Source of the DNA: Escherichia coli | Lineage (GTDB): Bacteria > Pseudomonadota > Gammaproteobacteria > Enterobacterales > Enterobacteriaceae | Reading direction: 5' to 3' (one strand) | NCBI RefSeq assembly: GCF_050920415.1 | Contig: NZ_CP169309.1 | Length of the DNA: 64,000 bases | Shown here: one piece after another, positions 1 to 16,702 of the stretch | Numbering within the stretch: the stretch's first letter is position 1 | Layout: every line of letters begins with the position of its first letter | Notes under the pieces: generated by a model | The model's input: only the letters and a program-made list of their open reading frames with translations | Told to the model about the DNA's origin: nothing | The model's database searches: none | Translations under genes and position numbers: made by a program

Positions 1-2
1 TG

Positions 3-272
3 GTGCTGGCGAGAGCCACCCGCAGCGGCGATGAAGTGATTCTTGAAGCGCAACATTTTGCTTTTCCTGAGGTGACGTTGCCGCCGCCAGAAGCGGCGGC
101 GGTGCCCGTTGTTAAGCAAAACCTGCGTGAAGCGACAGAAGCGTTCCAGCGTGAAACTATTCGCCAGGCGCTGGCACAAAATCATCACAACTGGGCTGCC
201 AGCGCACGGATGCTGGAAACCGACGTCGCCAACCTGCATCGGCTGGCGAAACGTCTGGGGCTGAAGGATTAA
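3..272 (+). CDS. norR: C-terminal end of sigma54-dependent regulator NorR (5' end outside window)
   Basis: ORF open to window edge; C-terminal HTH-like tail; position upstream of gutQ as in K-12. Confidence 0.7.
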   Translation: MLARATRSGDEVILEAQHFAFPEVTLPPPEAAAVPVVKQNLREATEAFQRETIRQALAQNHHNWAASARMLETDVANLHRLAKRLGLKD

Positions 273-1234
273 ATAATCCCGGCCTGATAGAAATCCTGCA
301 GGTTAATTGCGCCGGTAAGTTTGCCGTTTTCATCCACCACTGGTGCGGCGGTGATTTTGCGCTTCATCAGGATCTCTTTGGCGTCGATGGCGCGACTTTG
401 CGATAGCAACGTCGTGCCGCCTGCCGTCATCGCTTCATTAACTGGCGTGGTGAGTGCACCGCCGCCAACCAGCCAGCGACGTAAATCCCCGTCGGTAAAG
501 ACGCCTTTCACCAGTCGTTGATCGTCGCACACTGCTACCAGTCCCAGACCGGTGCGACTGAGTTCCAGCATCGCATCCATCACGCTGGCGGTTAACGCCA
601 CCTGCGGGATGGCGTCATCACGGCGCATCAGATGATGCACTTTGTTCAGCAAGCGAGCGCCCAGTGCCCCAGCTGGGTGGGAGCGGGCAAAATCTTCTTC
701 ATTAAATCCGCGCGCCTGCATGACCGCCATCGCCAGCGCGTCGCCCATCATCAGGGTATTGACGGTGCTGGAGGTCGGTGCAAGATGCATCGGGCAGGCT
801 TCGCGTTCTACAGAGATATCCAGCACCGCTTTCGCCGCCAGGCCCAGCGGTGATGTCGGTTTACCGGTCATCGCCAGCAGCGCGATAGATTTGTCTTCCA
901 GACGCGGAATAATCAGATCCAGTTCCTTTGCGCCACCGGAGTAAGAGATAAACAGCATCACATCGCGGCTTTCAATCATCCCCAGATCGCCGTGCAGTGC
1001 CTCTGCCGGATGGACAAAAAAAGCCGGTGTGCCGGTACTGGCAAGCGTTGCGGCGATTTTCTTACCAATGTGGCCCGATTTGCCAATTCCCGAAACCACC
1101 ACTTTGCCTTCGCAGTGCAGGATGATATTGGCGGCGCGAACAAAATCATCGCCCAGACGTTCTGGTAAACGGCTTGCTTCCTGCAACTCCAGCATTAACG
1201 TCTGACGTCCCGCGTTCAGTAGTGCTTCACTCAT
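269..1234 (-). CDS. gutQ: D-arabinose 5-phosphate isomerase (SIS + CBS domains)
   Basis: 321 aa ORF; GIGKSG SIS motif; synteny with srl operon. Confidence 0.9.
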   Translation of the reverse strand: MSEALLNAGRQTLMLELQEASRLPERLGDDFVRAANIILHCEGKVVVSGIGKSGHIGKKIAATLASTGTPAFFVHPAEALHGDLGMIESRDVMLFISYSGGAKELDLIIPRLEDKSIALLAMTGKPTSPLGLAAKAVLDISVEREACPMHLAPTSSTVNTLMMGDALAMAVMQARGFNEEDFARSHPAGALGARLLNKVHHLMRRDDAIPQVALTASVMDAMLELSRTGLGLVAVCDDQRLVKGVFTDGDLRRWLVGGGALTTPVNEAMTAGGTTLLSQSRAIDAKEILMKRKITAAPVVDENGKLTGAINLQDFYQAGII

Positions 1235-2000
1235 TGCTCTCTCCGGTTATGATCACGTCGATCCCTTTTTCTTCCAGCGCCTGACGAAACGCTGGATCGA
1301 TACCTGCGTCGGTAATCAGTTTATCGACGCTTTCAAGACTACAAACCACGTTGGGGCTTTTACGGCCAAACTTCGATGAGTCAGCCATCAAAATAACTTC
1401 GCGCGCGGCATTACACATCGCTTTACTGACGGTATAGACCTCGTTGAAGGTGGTTACGCCTGCATTGAGATCGATGCCATCGGTGCCCATAAACAATTTA
1501 TCGAAGCTGAAATGTTCGAAGGCGTTCTCTGCCAGCTGCCCGTGAAATGAGGCCGATTTTTTACGAAATGTGCCGCCTGGCATCAGGATAGTTTGTTCGT
1601 TATCCAGTTCGGATAGCGCATTGACGATGTGCAGGCTGTTGGTCATTACTGTGATGTTATTAAAGCGCGAGAGCAGGGGGACCATCTGCAAAACGGTGCT
1701 GCCAGCATCAAGAATGATCGAATCGCCATCATGGATAAAACTAACGGCAGCTTCTGCAATCAGCTCTTTCTTGTGGGTGTTGATGAGTGTTTTATGATCG
1801 ATAGGCGGATCGGATTCCTCTTTATTCAACACCACTCCGCCATAAGTACGAATGACGGTTCCTGCATGTTCCAGAATGACCAGATCTTTGCGAATGGTTG
1901 TGCCTGTGGTGTCAAAGTATTGCGCCAATTCTTCAACCGAGCATTTACCCTGCTTTTGCAGATACTCCAGAATGGCGGCCTGACGCTGACGAGGTTTCAT
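1227..2000 (-). CDS. srlR: DeoR-family glucitol operon repressor
   Basis: 257 aa ORF; N-terminal HTH; synteny. Confidence 0.9.
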   Translation of the reverse strand: MKPRQRQAAILEYLQKQGKCSVEELAQYFDTTGTTIRKDLVILEHAGTVIRTYGGVVLNKEESDPPIDHKTLINTHKKELIAEAAVSFIHDGDSIILDAGSTVLQMVPLLSRFNNITVMTNSLHIVNALSELDNEQTILMPGGTFRKKSASFHGQLAENAFEHFSFDKLFMGTDGIDLNAGVTTFNEVYTVSKAMCNAAREVILMADSSKFGRKSPNVVCSLESVDKLITDAGIDPAFRQALEEKGIDVIITGESNE

Positions 2001-2066
2001 GGGCGTGATTACCTGATTTAGGTTTCAAAATGATAACTTCGCAAGCAAGTAACATTCACAACGAAA

Positions 2067-2426
2067 TTATCCACGTTTCAGTTTAAGCGCCAATGATAGA
2101 GCATTCTGTGATAGTGGATCATGGGGAAAGATCACATCGGGCTGTAAATCAGCAGAATGCATGCCCGTAATTGCGGGAATTTTTTGCGGTCGGGCGAAGA
2201 CAGTCAGTCCTTTCATAAACAAGGTGTCGACGATGCGCTGCTGATCGTCCAGGGCGATGGCGACCACGACCCGCGGTTTAAAGCGCCCGCTGGAACGGCC
2301 CACGCCAACCCGCCCTTGCTGGCATAGTGTGTCGAAGGCACGGTTAAAACGAGAAATTTGCCAGCCGCCTAAGGCCAGTTGCGCACACCAGGCGATAACG
2401 GCGACGGTGATGAGTGCGGATACCAT
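2067..2426 (-). CDS. gutM: glucitol operon activator
   Basis: 119 aa ORF; synteny. Confidence 0.85.
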   Translation of the reverse strand: MVSALITVAVIAWCAQLALGGWQISRFNRAFDTLCQQGRVGVGRSSGRFKPRVVVAIALDDQQRIVDTLFMKGLTVFARPQKIPAITGMHSADLQPDVIFPHDPLSQNALSLALKLKRG

Positions 2427-2457
2427 AACTTTTCCTTAATGTAGTGGCGGAAGTCCT

Positions 2458-2487
2458 GTAGGCCTGATAAGCGTAGCGCATCAGGCA
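2458..2487. repeat. REP (repetitive extragenic palindrome) unit
   Basis: gtaggcctgataagcgtagcgcatcaggca matches REP consensus; adjacent hairpin 2501-2525. Confidence 0.6.
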
Positions 2488-2531
2488 TTCTATTAGTCTC
2501 GCGGAGATCCTTAACGGATCTCCGCTGTTGA

Positions 2532-3686
<1,155 letters not shown>

Positions 3687-3696
3687 GTTTCAGCCT

Positions 3697-5234
<1,538 letters not shown>

Positions 5235-5471
5235 TTATTGTTTTATTACCAAATGGCAACCTAATCTAATCAGATTGAAAGATTTAAAAGTGTTATTTTG
5301 ATCTCAAAATGAAAGATAAATATTTTAATTTGAAAGTTTGTATAAAAGGATAGTGAGGCGGATGAGTTGAGTTATGTAAAGTCTGTATCGGGCAGTGACT
5401 ACCGCTTCCTTGTGCAGGGCGGGATGCTTTACCATACTTGCCCCTGGTTGAATTTGTTAAATGGACCCCTC

Positions 5472-6557
5472 ATGTTCAAGCGTCGTTATGTAACATTGCT
5501 TCCCCTTTTTGTGTTGCTTGCCGCCTGTAGCAGCAAGCCAAAACCTACTGAGACTGAAACGACCACCGGAACGCCGTCTGGCGGCTTCCTGCTTGAGCCG
5601 CAGCACAATGTGATGCAGATGGGCGGCGATTTCGCTAACAACCCGAATGCCCAGCAGTTCATCGACAAAATGGTGAGCAAACACGGTTTCAATCGTCAGC
5701 AGTTGCAGGAAATTCTCTCCCAGGCGAAACGTCTGGATTCGGTATTGCGGCTGATGGATAACCAGGCACCAACCACATCGGTGAAACCGCCATCAGGTCC
5801 GAACGGCGCATGGCTGCGTTATCGCAAAAAATTTATTACGCCGGACAACGTGCAAAACGGCGTGGTTTTCTGGAATCAGTATGAAGACGCGTTGAATCGT
5901 GCGTGGCAGGTGTATGGTGTACCGCCGGAAATTATCGTCGGGATTATCGGCGTCGAAACTCGCTGGGGACGCGTGATGGGGAAAACCCGTATCCTCGATG
6001 CGCTGGCAACGCTGTCATTTAACTACCCACGCCGCGCGGAGTATTTCTCTGGTGAGCTGGAAACCTTCTTGCTGATGGCGCGCGACGAGCAGGACGATCC
6101 GCTCAATCTGAAAGGCTCGTTTGCCGGTGCGATGGGCTACGGTCAGTTTATGCCATCGTCTTATAAACAATATGCGGTAGATTTCAGCGGCGACGGGCAT
6201 ATCAACCTGTGGGATCCGGTTGATGCCATCGGTAGTGTGGCGAACTATTTTAAAGCGCACGGCTGGGTGAAAGGTGATCAGGTTGCGGTGATGGCAAACG
6301 GTCAGGCTCCAGGCTTACCGAATGGCTTCAAAACCAAGTACAGCATTTCACAACTTGCTGCAGCTGGACTAACGCCACAGCAGCCGCTGGGCAATCATCA
6401 GCAGGCCAGCTTACTGCGCCTGGATGTTGGCACCGGTTACCAGTACTGGTACGGTTTGCCGAACTTCTACACTATCACCCGTTACAATCACAGCACCCAT
6501 TACGCAATGGCCGTCTGGCAGTTAGGACAAGCCGTGGCACTGGCGCGCGTTCAGTAA
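5472..6557 (+). CDS. mltB: membrane-bound lytic murein transglycosylase B (lipoprotein)
   Basis: Internal start MFKRRYVTLLPLFVLLAAC gives lipobox and 361 aa; the longer ORF from 5367 is rejected. Confidence 0.85.
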   Translation: MFKRRYVTLLPLFVLLAACSSKPKPTETETTTGTPSGGFLLEPQHNVMQMGGDFANNPNAQQFIDKMVSKHGFNRQQLQEILSQAKRLDSVLRLMDNQAPTTSVKPPSGPNGAWLRYRKKFITPDNVQNGVVFWNQYEDALNRAWQVYGVPPEIIVGIIGVETRWGRVMGKTRILDALATLSFNYPRRAEYFSGELETFLLMARDEQDDPLNLKGSFAGAMGYGQFMPSSYKQYAVDFSGDGHINLWDPVDAIGSVANYFKAHGWVKGDQVAVMANGQAPGLPNGFKTKYSISQLAAAGLTPQQPLGNHQQASLLRLDVGTGYQYWYGLPNFYTITRYNHSTHYAMAVWQLGQAVALARVQ

Positions 6558-6566
6558 CTCTTTGCA

Positions 6567-6597
6567 AGAGGGGGGTTAAACTTCCCTCTGTTTTCTT
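6567..6597 (+). terminator. putative rho-independent terminator after mltB
   Basis: agaggg...ccctct hairpin followed by gttttctt. Confidence 0.45.
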
Positions 6598-7017
6598 ACT
6601 GTTTATTCGAATGACGTAATTGCTTGATTTTTTTCGACAGCGATATCGCATATCCCAGGCAGACAACGCCTAACGCAGCCTGACCGAAGTCGAAAGGTTC
6701 AAGGTAGCCAGAAGATAAAATTTTACATATCACTGAAACCAGTGCACCGATGCCACCAATGATGACCCAAATACGCATTTGCGTGGTTTGTTTAAGCGCG
6801 TTTTGTGGCGTGTTATCCGTTTTCTTTGTTGCCATTGCTATTCTCTCCCTGTGAATACATATCAATGTGAACGCGGCATGGTAGCGCTTTTTCTTTACCG
6901 ACTGGTCGCAACAGTCTTTTTCCGGAACGCAACTCGTAAAATGAATCGCTCGTCCCCATCTTCTGCGGGAAAGTGCTATCTTGTCCGGCATATATTTTTT
7001 GACTGACTGAGGTTGTG

Positions 7018-7511
7018 ATGATTGACAGTGAACTGATGCAGTTAAGCGAACAGGTAGGGCAGACGCTGAAAGCCCGTGGCGCAACCGTAACAACTGCCGA
7101 GTCTTGTACCGGCGGTTGGGTAGCGAAAGTGATTACCGATATTGCCGGTAGTTCCGCCTGGTTTGAACGCGGATTTGTCACCTACAGTAACGAAGCCAAA
7201 GCGCAGATGATCGGCGTACGCGAAGAGACGCTGGCGCAGCATGGCGCGGTGAGCGAACCCGTCGTGGTGGAAATGGCGATAGGCGCACTGAAAGCGGCTC
7301 GTGCTGATTATGCTGTGTCTATCAGCGGTATCGCCGGGCCGGATGGCGGTAGTGAAGAGAAACCTGTCGGCACTGTCTGGTTTGCTTTTGCCACTGCCCG
7401 CGGCGAAGGCATTACCCGCCGGGAATGCTTCAGCGGTGATCGTGATGCGGTGCGTCGTCAGGCTACTGCGTATGCATTGCAAACCTTGTGGCAACAATTT
7501 CTACAAAACAC

Positions 7512-7515
<4 letters not shown>
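7018..7515 (+). CDS. pncC: NMN amidohydrolase (CinA-like)
   Basis: ORF MMIDSELMQ...; second ATG gives 165 aa; start ambiguous by one codon. Confidence 0.85.
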
Positions 7516-8656
<1,141 letters not shown>

Positions 8657-8723
8657 TCGTCTTGTTTGATACACAAGGGTCGCATCTGCGGCCCTTTTGC
8701 TTTTTAAGTTGTAAGGGTATGCC

Positions 8724-9224
8724 ATGACAGAATCAACATCCCGTCGCCCGGCATATGCTCGCCTGTTGGATCGTGCGGTACGCATTCTGGCGGTGCGCGA
8801 TCACAGTGAGCAAGAACTGCGGCGTAAACTCGCGGCACCGATTATGGGCAAAAATGGCCCGGAAGAGATTGATGCCACGGTAGAAGATTACGAGCGTGTT
8901 ATTGCCTGGTGCCATGAACATGGCTATCTCGATGACAGCCGATTTGTTGCGCGCTTTATCGCCAGCCGTAGCCGCAAAGGTTATGGACCTGCGCGTATTC
9001 GTCAGGAACTGAATCAGAAAGGTATTTCCCGCGAAGCGACAGAAAAAGCGATGCGTGAATGTGACATCGACTGGTGCGCACTGGCGCGCGATCAGGCGAC
9101 GCGAAAATATGGCGAACCTTTGCCAACTGTCTTTTCAGAAAAAGTTAAGATCCAGCGTTTTCTGCTCTATCGCGGCTATCTGATGGAGGATATCCAGGAT
9201 ATTTGGCGAAATTTTGCCGACTGA
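8724..9224 (+). CDS. recX: RecA regulator RecX
   Basis: 166 aa ORF immediately downstream of recA. Confidence 0.9.
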   Translation: MTESTSRRPAYARLLDRAVRILAVRDHSEQELRRKLAAPIMGKNGPEEIDATVEDYERVIAWCHEHGYLDDSRFVARFIASRSRKGYGPARIRQELNQKGISREATEKAMRECDIDWCALARDQATRKYGEPLPTVFSEKVKIQRFLLYRGYLMEDIQDIWRNFAD

Positions 9225-9351
9225 ACGCATACGGTATTTTACTTCCCAGTCAAGAAAACTTATCTTATTCCCACTTTTCAGTTACCAGCCCGGCGGTTAA
9301 GACACGCTGTAGCTGGTGGCGATATTTCGTTAGCTTGATTTCAGGATAATT

Positions 9352-11982
9352 ATGAGCAAGAGCACCGCTGAGATCCGTCAGGCGTTTCTCGACTTTTTCC
9401 ATAGTAAGGGACATCAGGTAGTTGCCAGCAGCTCCCTGGTACCCCATAACGACCCAACTTTGTTGTTTACCAACGCCGGGATGAACCAGTTCAAGGATGT
9501 GTTCCTTGGGCTCGACAAGCGTAATTATTCCCGCGCTACCACTTCCCAACGCTGCGTGCGTGCGGGTGGTAAACACAACGACCTGGAAAACGTCGGTTAC
9601 ACCGCGCGTCACCATACCTTCTTCGAAATGCTGGGCAACTTCAGCTTCGGCGACTATTTCAAACACGATGCCATTCAGTTTGCATGGGAACTGCTGACCA
9701 GTGAAAAATGGTTTGCCCTGCCGAAAGAGCGTCTGTGGGTTACCGTCTATGAAAGCGACGACGAAGCCTACGAAATCTGGGAAAAAGAAGTAGGGATCCC
9801 GCGCGAACGTATTATTCGCATCGGCGATAACAAAGGTGCGCCATACGCATCTGACAACTTCTGGCAGATGGGTGACACTGGTCCGTGTGGCCCGTGCACC
9901 GAAATCTTCTACGATCATGGCGACCACATTTGGGGTGGCCCTCCGGGAAGTCCGGAAGAAGACGGCGACCGTTACATTGAGATTTGGAACATCGTCTTCA
10001 TGCAGTTCAACCGCCAGGCAGATGGCACGATGGAACCGCTGCCGAAGCCGTCTGTAGATACCGGTATGGGTCTGGAGCGTATTGCTGCGGTGTTGCAACA
10101 CGTTAACTCTAACTATGACATTGACCTGTTCCGCACGCTGATCCAGGCAGTAGCGAAAGTCACTGGCGCGACCGATCTGAGCAATAAATCACTGCGCGTA
10201 ATCGCTGACCACATTCGTTCTTGTGCGTTCCTGATCGCGGATGGCGTAATGCCGTCCAACGAAAACCGTGGTTATGTACTGCGTCGTATCATTCGTCGCG
10301 CAGTGCGTCACGGCAATATGCTGGGCGCGAAAGAAACTTTCTTCTACAAACTGGTTGGTCCGCTGATCGACGTTATGGGCTCTGCGGGTGAAGACCTGAA
10401 ACGCCAGCAGGCACAGGTTGAGCAGGTGCTGAAGACTGAAGAAGAACAGTTTGCCCGCACTCTGGAGCGCGGTCTGGCGCTGCTGGACGAAGAGCTGGCG
10501 AAACTTTCTGGCGATACGCTGGATGGCGAAACTGCTTTCCGTCTGTACGACACCTACGGTTTCCCAGTTGACCTGACGGCTGATGTTTGTCGTGAACGCA
10601 ACATCAAAGTTGACGAAGCTGGTTTTGAAGCAGCAATGGAAGAGCAGCGTCGTCGTGCGCGCGAAGCCAGCGGCTTTGGTGCCGATTACAACGCAATGAT
10701 CCGTGTTGACAGTGCATCTGAATTTAAAGGCTATGACCATCTGGAACTGAACGGCAAAGTGACTGCGCTGTTTGTTGATGGTAAAGCGGTTGATGCCATC
10801 AATGCAGGCCAGGAAGCGGTAGTCGTGCTGGATCAAACGCCATTCTATGCGGAATCTGGCGGTCAGGTTGGCGATAAAGGCGAACTGAAAGGCGTTAACT
10901 TCTCCTTTGCGGTGGAAGATACGCAGAAATACGGCCAGGCGATTGGTCACATCGGTAAACTTGCTGCGGGTTCTCTGAAAGTGGGCGACGCGGTGCAGGC
11001 TGATGTTGATGAGGCTCGTCGCGCTCGTATTCGTCTGAATCACTCCGCAACGCACCTGATGCACGCTGCGCTGCGCCAGGTTTTGGGTACTCATGTATCG
11101 CAGAAAGGTTCACTGGTTAACGACAAAGTGCTGCGCTTCGACTTCTCACACAACGAAGCGATGAAACCAGAAGAGATTCGTGCGGTTGAAGACCTGGTGA
11201 ACGCGCAGATTCGCCGTAACTTGCCGATCGAAACCAACATCATGGATCTCGAAGCGGCGAAAGCGAAAGGTGCGATGGCTCTGTTTGGCGAGAAGTATGA
11301 TGAGCGCGTACGCGTGCTGAGCATGGGCGATTTCTCCACCGAGCTGTGTGGCGGTACTCACGCAAGCCGCACCGGTGATATTGGTCTGTTCCGCATCATC
11401 TCTGAATCGGGTACTGCTGCAGGTGTTCGTCGTATCGAAGCGGTAACCGGAGAAGGCGCTATCGCCACCGTTCATGCAGACAGCGATCGCTTAAGCGAAG
11501 TCGCACATCTGTTGAAAGGCGATAGCAATAATCTGGCTGATAAAGTGCGCTCAGTACTGGAACGTACGCGTCAGCTGGAAAAAGAGTTACAACAGCTTAA
11601 AGAACAAGCTGCCGCACAGGAGAGCGCAAATCTTTCCAGTAAGGCAATTGATGTTAATGGTGTTAAGCTGTTGGTTAGCGAGCTTAGCGGTGTTGAGCCG
11701 AAAATGTTGCGTACCATGGTTGACGATTTAAAAAATCAGCTGGGGTCGACAATTATCGTGCTGGCAACGGTAGCCGAAGGTAAGGTTTCTCTGATTGCAG
11801 GCGTATCTAAGGACGTCACAGATCGTGTGAAAGCAGGGGAACTGATTGGTATGGTCGCTCAGCAGGTGGGCGGCAAGGGTGGTGGACGTCCTGACATGGC
11901 GCAAGCCGGTGGTACGGATGCTGCGGCCTTACCTGCAGCGTTAGCCAGTGTGAAAGGCTGGGTCAGCGCGAAATTGCAATAA
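9352..11982 (+). CDS. alaS: alanyl-tRNA synthetase
   Basis: 876 aa ORF; class II aaRS; synteny. Confidence 0.95.
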   Translation: MSKSTAEIRQAFLDFFHSKGHQVVASSSLVPHNDPTLLFTNAGMNQFKDVFLGLDKRNYSRATTSQRCVRAGGKHNDLENVGYTARHHTFFEMLGNFSFGDYFKHDAIQFAWELLTSEKWFALPKERLWVTVYESDDEAYEIWEKEVGIPRERIIRIGDNKGAPYASDNFWQMGDTGPCGPCTEIFYDHGDHIWGGPPGSPEEDGDRYIEIWNIVFMQFNRQADGTMEPLPKPSVDTGMGLERIAAVLQHVNSNYDIDLFRTLIQAVAKVTGATDLSNKSLRVIADHIRSCAFLIADGVMPSNENRGYVLRRIIRRAVRHGNMLGAKETFFYKLVGPLIDVMGSAGEDLKRQQAQVEQVLKTEEEQFARTLERGLALLDEELAKLSGDTLDGETAFRLYDTYGFPVDLTADVCRERNIKVDEAGFEAAMEEQRRRAREASGFGADYNAMIRVDSASEFKGYDHLELNGKVTALFVDGKAVDAINAGQEAVVVLDQTPFYAESGGQVGDKGELKGVNFSFAVEDTQKYGQAIGHIGKLAAGSLKVGDAVQADVDEARRARIRLNHSATHLMHAALRQVLGTHVSQKGSLVNDKVLRFDFSHNEAMKPEEIRAVEDLVNAQIRRNLPIETNIMDLEAAKAKGAMALFGEKYDERVRVLSMGDFSTELCGGTHASRTGDIGLFRIISESGTAAGVRRIEAVTGEGAIATVHADSDRLSEVAHLLKGDSNNLADKVRSVLERTRQLEKELQQLKEQAAAQESANLSSKAIDVNGVKLLVSELSGVEPKMLRTMVDDLKNQLGSTIIVLATVAEGKVSLIAGVSKDVTDRVKAGELIGMVAQQVGGKGGGRPDMAQAGGTDAAALPAALASVKGWVSAKLQ

Positions 11983-12216
11983 TATAAGCGTCAGGCAATG
12001 CCGTGGACTCGCTTCACGGCATTCGCATTAACGCTATCGACAACGATAAAGTCAGGTTGAAGTTGTGTATATCGGCTAAACTTAGGTTTAACAGAATGTA
12101 ATGCCATGACTGCTTACATGTAATGTGTTTGTCATTGCTTACTTTTTGGCGTTATATGATGGATAATGCCGGGATACAGAGAGACCCGACTCTTTTAATC
12201 TTTCAAGGAGCAAAGA

Positions 12217-12402
12217 ATGCTGATTCTGACTCGTCGAGTTGGTGAGACCCTCATGATTGGGGATGAGGTCACCGTGACAGTTTTAGGGGTAAAGGGCAAC
12301 CAGGTACGTATTGGCGTAAATGCCCCGAAGGAAGTTTCTGTTCACCGTGAAGAGATCTACCAGCGTATCCAGGCTGAAAAATCCCAGCAGTCCAGTTACT
12401 AA
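12217..12402 (+). CDS. csrA: carbon storage regulator CsrA
   Basis: 61 aa [48 protein letters not shown]. Confidence 0.97.
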
Positions 12403-12409
12403 TCTTTCC

Positions 12410-12435
12410 GCGTCTCATCTTTATCGGTGAGACGC
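12410..12435 (+). terminator. hairpin downstream of csrA (possible terminator)
   Basis: gcgtctca / tgagacgc 8-bp stem; no strong U-run. Confidence 0.35.
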
Positions 12436-12626
12436 ACCCTCAAAATTCCTCCTTCACTCCATTGTTTTTTCGCTTTACTCCCGTTCATTCAACTTTAGTC
12501 TCCATTTTTTGCATTACTGCTATCTGTCAGACCTCCGTTTTTCTGTTGATAAAACACTCTTTTTGACGTTTTTACAGACTAATTGAGCGTGAAGTGTGCA
12601 AACGATAAAAGTGTGGGAAAAATTGT

Positions 12627-12654
12627 TTGACTTATAAGTCTCAGAAAGTAATAT
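12627..12654 (+). promoter_or_regulatory. candidate sigma70 promoter of serV-arg tRNA operon
   Basis: ttgact, 16-bp spacer, taatat, then GC-rich discriminator gcgccacgc. Confidence 0.5.
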
Positions 12655-12716
12655 GTGCGCCACGCAGCGACGATGAGCGATAAACAAGTTCTTCGAAGCA
12701 CTCGTAAGAGGCGTGT

Positions 12717-12809
12717 GGTGAGGTGGCCGAGAGGCTGAAGGCGCTCCCCTGCTAAGGGAGTATGCGGTCAAAAGCTGCATCCGGGGTTCGAATCCCCGCC
12801 TCACCGCCA
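12717..12809 (+). tRNA. serV: tRNA-Ser (anticodon GCU)
   Basis: 93-nt cloverleaf with long variable arm, anticodon GCT, 3' CCA encoded. Confidence 0.95.
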
Positions 12810-12812
12810 TTT

Positions 12813-12889
12813 GCATCCGTAGCTCAGCTGGATAGAGTACTCGGCTACGAACCGAGCGGTCGGAGGTTCGAATCCTCCCGGATGCACCA
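12813..12889 (+). tRNA. argV: tRNA-Arg (anticodon ACG), copy 1
   Basis: 77 nt gcatccgtagctcagctggatagagtactcggctacgaaccgagcggtcggaggttcgaatcctcccggatgcacca. Confidence 0.95.
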
Positions 12890-13088
12890 TATTCTACGAA
12901 ATCTTCAGCGATGAAGGTGTCGAAGAGGTGGCGGTACTAACTGCAAGCACCAGGGAGGATAACGTTGCTTTAGCAACGGCCCGAAGGGCGAGCCGTAAGG
13001 CGAGTAATCCTCCCGGATGCACCATCTCTTACTTGATACGGCTTTAGTAGCGGTATCAAAAAATCTGCAGTAAAGTAAGTTTCCCGAT

Positions 13089-13165
13089 GCATCCGTAGCT
13101 CAGCTGGATAGAGTACTCGGCTACGAACCGAGCGGTCGGAGGTTCGAATCCTCCCGGATGCACCA
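13089..13165 (+). tRNA. argY: tRNA-Arg (anticodon ACG), copy 2
   Basis: Identical 77-nt sequence. Confidence 0.95.
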
Positions 13166-13362
13166 TATTCTACGAAATCTTCAGCGATGAAGGTGTCGAA
13201 GAGGTGGCGGTACTAACCGCAAGCACCAGGGAGGATAACGTTGCTTTAGCAACGGCCCGAAGGGCGAGCCGTAAGGCGAGTAATCCTCCCGGATGCACCA
13301 TCTCTTACTTGATACGGCTTTAGTAGCGATATCGATATCAGCAGTAAAATAAATTTCCCGAT

Positions 13363-13439
13363 GCATCCGTAGCTCAGCTGGATAGAGTACTCGGCTACGA
13401 ACCGAGCGGTCGGAGGTTCGAATCCTCCCGGATGCACCA
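13363..13439 (+). tRNA. argZ: tRNA-Arg (anticodon ACG), copy 3
   Basis: Identical 77-nt sequence. Confidence 0.95.
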
Positions 13440-13637
13440 TATTCTCCGAAATCTTCAGCAATGAAGATATCGAAGAGGTAGCGGAATTAACCGCAGGCAC
13501 CAGGAGGGATAACGTTGCGCCAGCAACGGCCCGAAGGGCGAGCCGCAAGGCGAGTAATCCTCCCGGATGCACCATCTCTTACTTGATATGGCTTTAGTAG
13601 CGGTATCAATATCAGCAGTAAAGTAAGTTCTCCCGAT

Positions 13638-13714
13638 GCATCCGTAGCTCAGCTGGATAGAGTACTCGGCTACGAACCGAGCGGTCGGAGGTTCGAATCC
13701 TCCCGGATGCACCA
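13638..13714 (+). tRNA. argQ: tRNA-Arg (anticodon ACG), copy 4
   Basis: Identical 77-nt sequence. Confidence 0.95.
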
Positions 13715-13994
13715 TATTCTCCGTAATCTTCAGCGATGATGGTATGGAAGAGGCGATGGTAATCACCGTCTGCTCCAGGGAGGATAACGTTGCGGCAGCA
13801 ACGGCCCGAAGGGCGAACGCCAGTGAGTCATCCTCCCGGATGCACCATCTTCTCCAAAAAATCCCCTTCAAAAATATCTCATTTCTAAATAGCTACTTTA
13901 TCCATTTCCTGAATATTCTTCTCCTTCGCCATCAGCGACAAAATCAAGCAATTACGCTAAAGTAGCGTCATATTTTTCGACTTGCGAGAAGACC

Positions 13995-14561
13995 ATGTAC
14001 GAGCGTTATGCAGGTTTAATTTTTGATATGGATGGCACAATCCTGGATACGGAGCCTACGCACCGTAAAGCGTGGCGCGAAGTATTAGGACACTATGGTC
14101 TTCAGTACGATGTTCAGGCGATGATTGCGCTTAATGGCTCGCCCACGTGGCGCATTGCTCAGGCGATTATTGAACTGAATCAGGCCGATCTCGACCCGCA
14201 TGCGCTGGCGTGTGAAAAAACAGAAGCAGTCAGAAGCATGTTACTCGATAGCGTCGAACCACTCCCCCTTGTTGAAGTGGTGAAAAGCTGGCACGGACGT
14301 CGACCAATGGCTGTAGGAACGGGGAGTGAAAGCGCCATCGCTGAGGCACTGCTAACGCACCTGGGATTACGCTGTTATTTTGACGCCGTCGTTGCTGCCG
14401 ATCACGTCAAACATCATAAACCTGCGCCAGACACATTTTTGTTGTGCGCGCAGCGTATGGGCGTGCAACCAACGCAGTGTGTGGTCTTTGAAGATGCCGA
14501 TTTCGGTATTCAGGCGGCCCGTGCTGCAGGCATGGACGCTGTGGATGTTCGCTTGCTGTGA
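13995..14561 (+). CDS. yqaB: HAD-family sugar phosphatase (fructose-1-phosphate phosphatase)
   Basis: 188 aa; DMDGT HAD motif I. Confidence 0.9.
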   Translation: MYERYAGLIFDMDGTILDTEPTHRKAWREVLGHYGLQYDVQAMIALNGSPTWRIAQAIIELNQADLDPHALACEKTEAVRSMLLDSVEPLPLVEVVKSWHGRRPMAVGTGSESAIAEALLTHLGLRCYFDAVVAADHVKHHKPAPDTFLLCAQRMGVQPTQCVVFEDADFGIQAARAAGMDAVDVRLL

Positions 14562-14986
14562 GTGAAGTTTTATCGCTTTTCTCGTTGTTTGCCAGTAGTT
14601 TCCTCAGCGCTACACTATTACCCGGTAATTCCGAAGTCGTGCTGGTTGCAATGTTGCTTTCCGGGGTAAGTCATCCCTGGGTTTTAGTTTTAACAGCAAC
14701 AATGGGTAATAGCCTTGGAGGGTTAACTAACGTTATCCTTGGGCGTTTCTTTCCATTGCGTAAAACATCGCGCTGGCAAGAGAAAGCTACCGGCTGGCTG
14801 AAACGCTATGGTGCAGTCACGCTATTATTAAGCTGGATGCCCGTGGTTGGCGATTTACTGTGTCTGTTAGCGGGATGGATGCGCATCTCCTGGGGGCCAG
14901 TAATCTTTTTTTTGTGCCTTGGTAAAGCGTTACGTTATGTTGCAGTTGCAGCAGCGACCGTTCAGGGCATGATATGGTGGCACTAA
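14558..14986 (+). CDS. yqaA: DedA/SNARE-associated family inner membrane protein
   Basis: 142 aa hydrophobic ORF overlapping yqaB stop. Confidence 0.85.
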   Translation: MSEVLSLFSLFASSFLSATLLPGNSEVVLVAMLLSGVSHPWVLVLTATMGNSLGGLTNVILGRFFPLRKTSRWQEKATGWLKRYGAVTLLLSWMPVVGDLLCLLAGWMRISWGPVIFFLCLGKALRYVAVAAATVQGMIWWH

Positions 14987-15031
14987 TTGTAGGCCTGCAC
15001 ACATGGTCACCATTACAGTTATGCTAATTAA

Positions 15032-16615
<1,584 letters not shown>

Positions 16616-16621
16616 CAGAAA

Positions 16622-16696
16622 AGAAAAAGGCCACTCGTGAGTGGCCAAAATTTCATCTCTGAATTCAGGGATGATGATAACAAATGCGCGTCTTTC
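16622..16696 (-). ncRNA. micA: sRNA MicA (SraD), sigmaE-dependent regulator of ompA
   Basis: Reverse complement reads gaaagacgcgcatttgttatcatcatccctgaattcagagatgaaattttggccactcacgagtggcctttttc, with terminal hairpin and U-run. Confidence 0.9.
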
Positions 16697-16702
16697 ATAT
16701 AC

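Noticed and set aside
5367-5471. Upstream extension of the mltB ORF
   Set aside because: The internal start at 5472 gives a proper lipoprotein signal peptide and the expected 361-aa length.
6836-7093. N-terminal part of the 165-aa minus-strand ORF 6596..7093
   Set aside because: It overlaps the pncC start and upstream region and has no RBS; only the distal 79 codons from the ATG at 6835 were kept as a candidate.
7042-7497. 151-aa minus-strand ORF
   Set aside because: Antisense to pncC.
10189-11094. 301-aa minus-strand ORF inside alaS
   Set aside because: Fully antisense to a highly conserved essential gene; no ribosome binding site; typical spurious ORF.
12813-13714. Regularly spaced identical repeats that could look like a CRISPR array
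   Set aside because: The repeats are 77-nt tRNA-Arg genes with cloverleaf structure, and the spacers are near-identical to each other rather than unique.
13246-13871. Minus-strand ORFs of 109 and 138 aa across the tRNA-Arg array
   Set aside because: They run through tRNA genes and repeated spacers; an artefact of repeat sequence.
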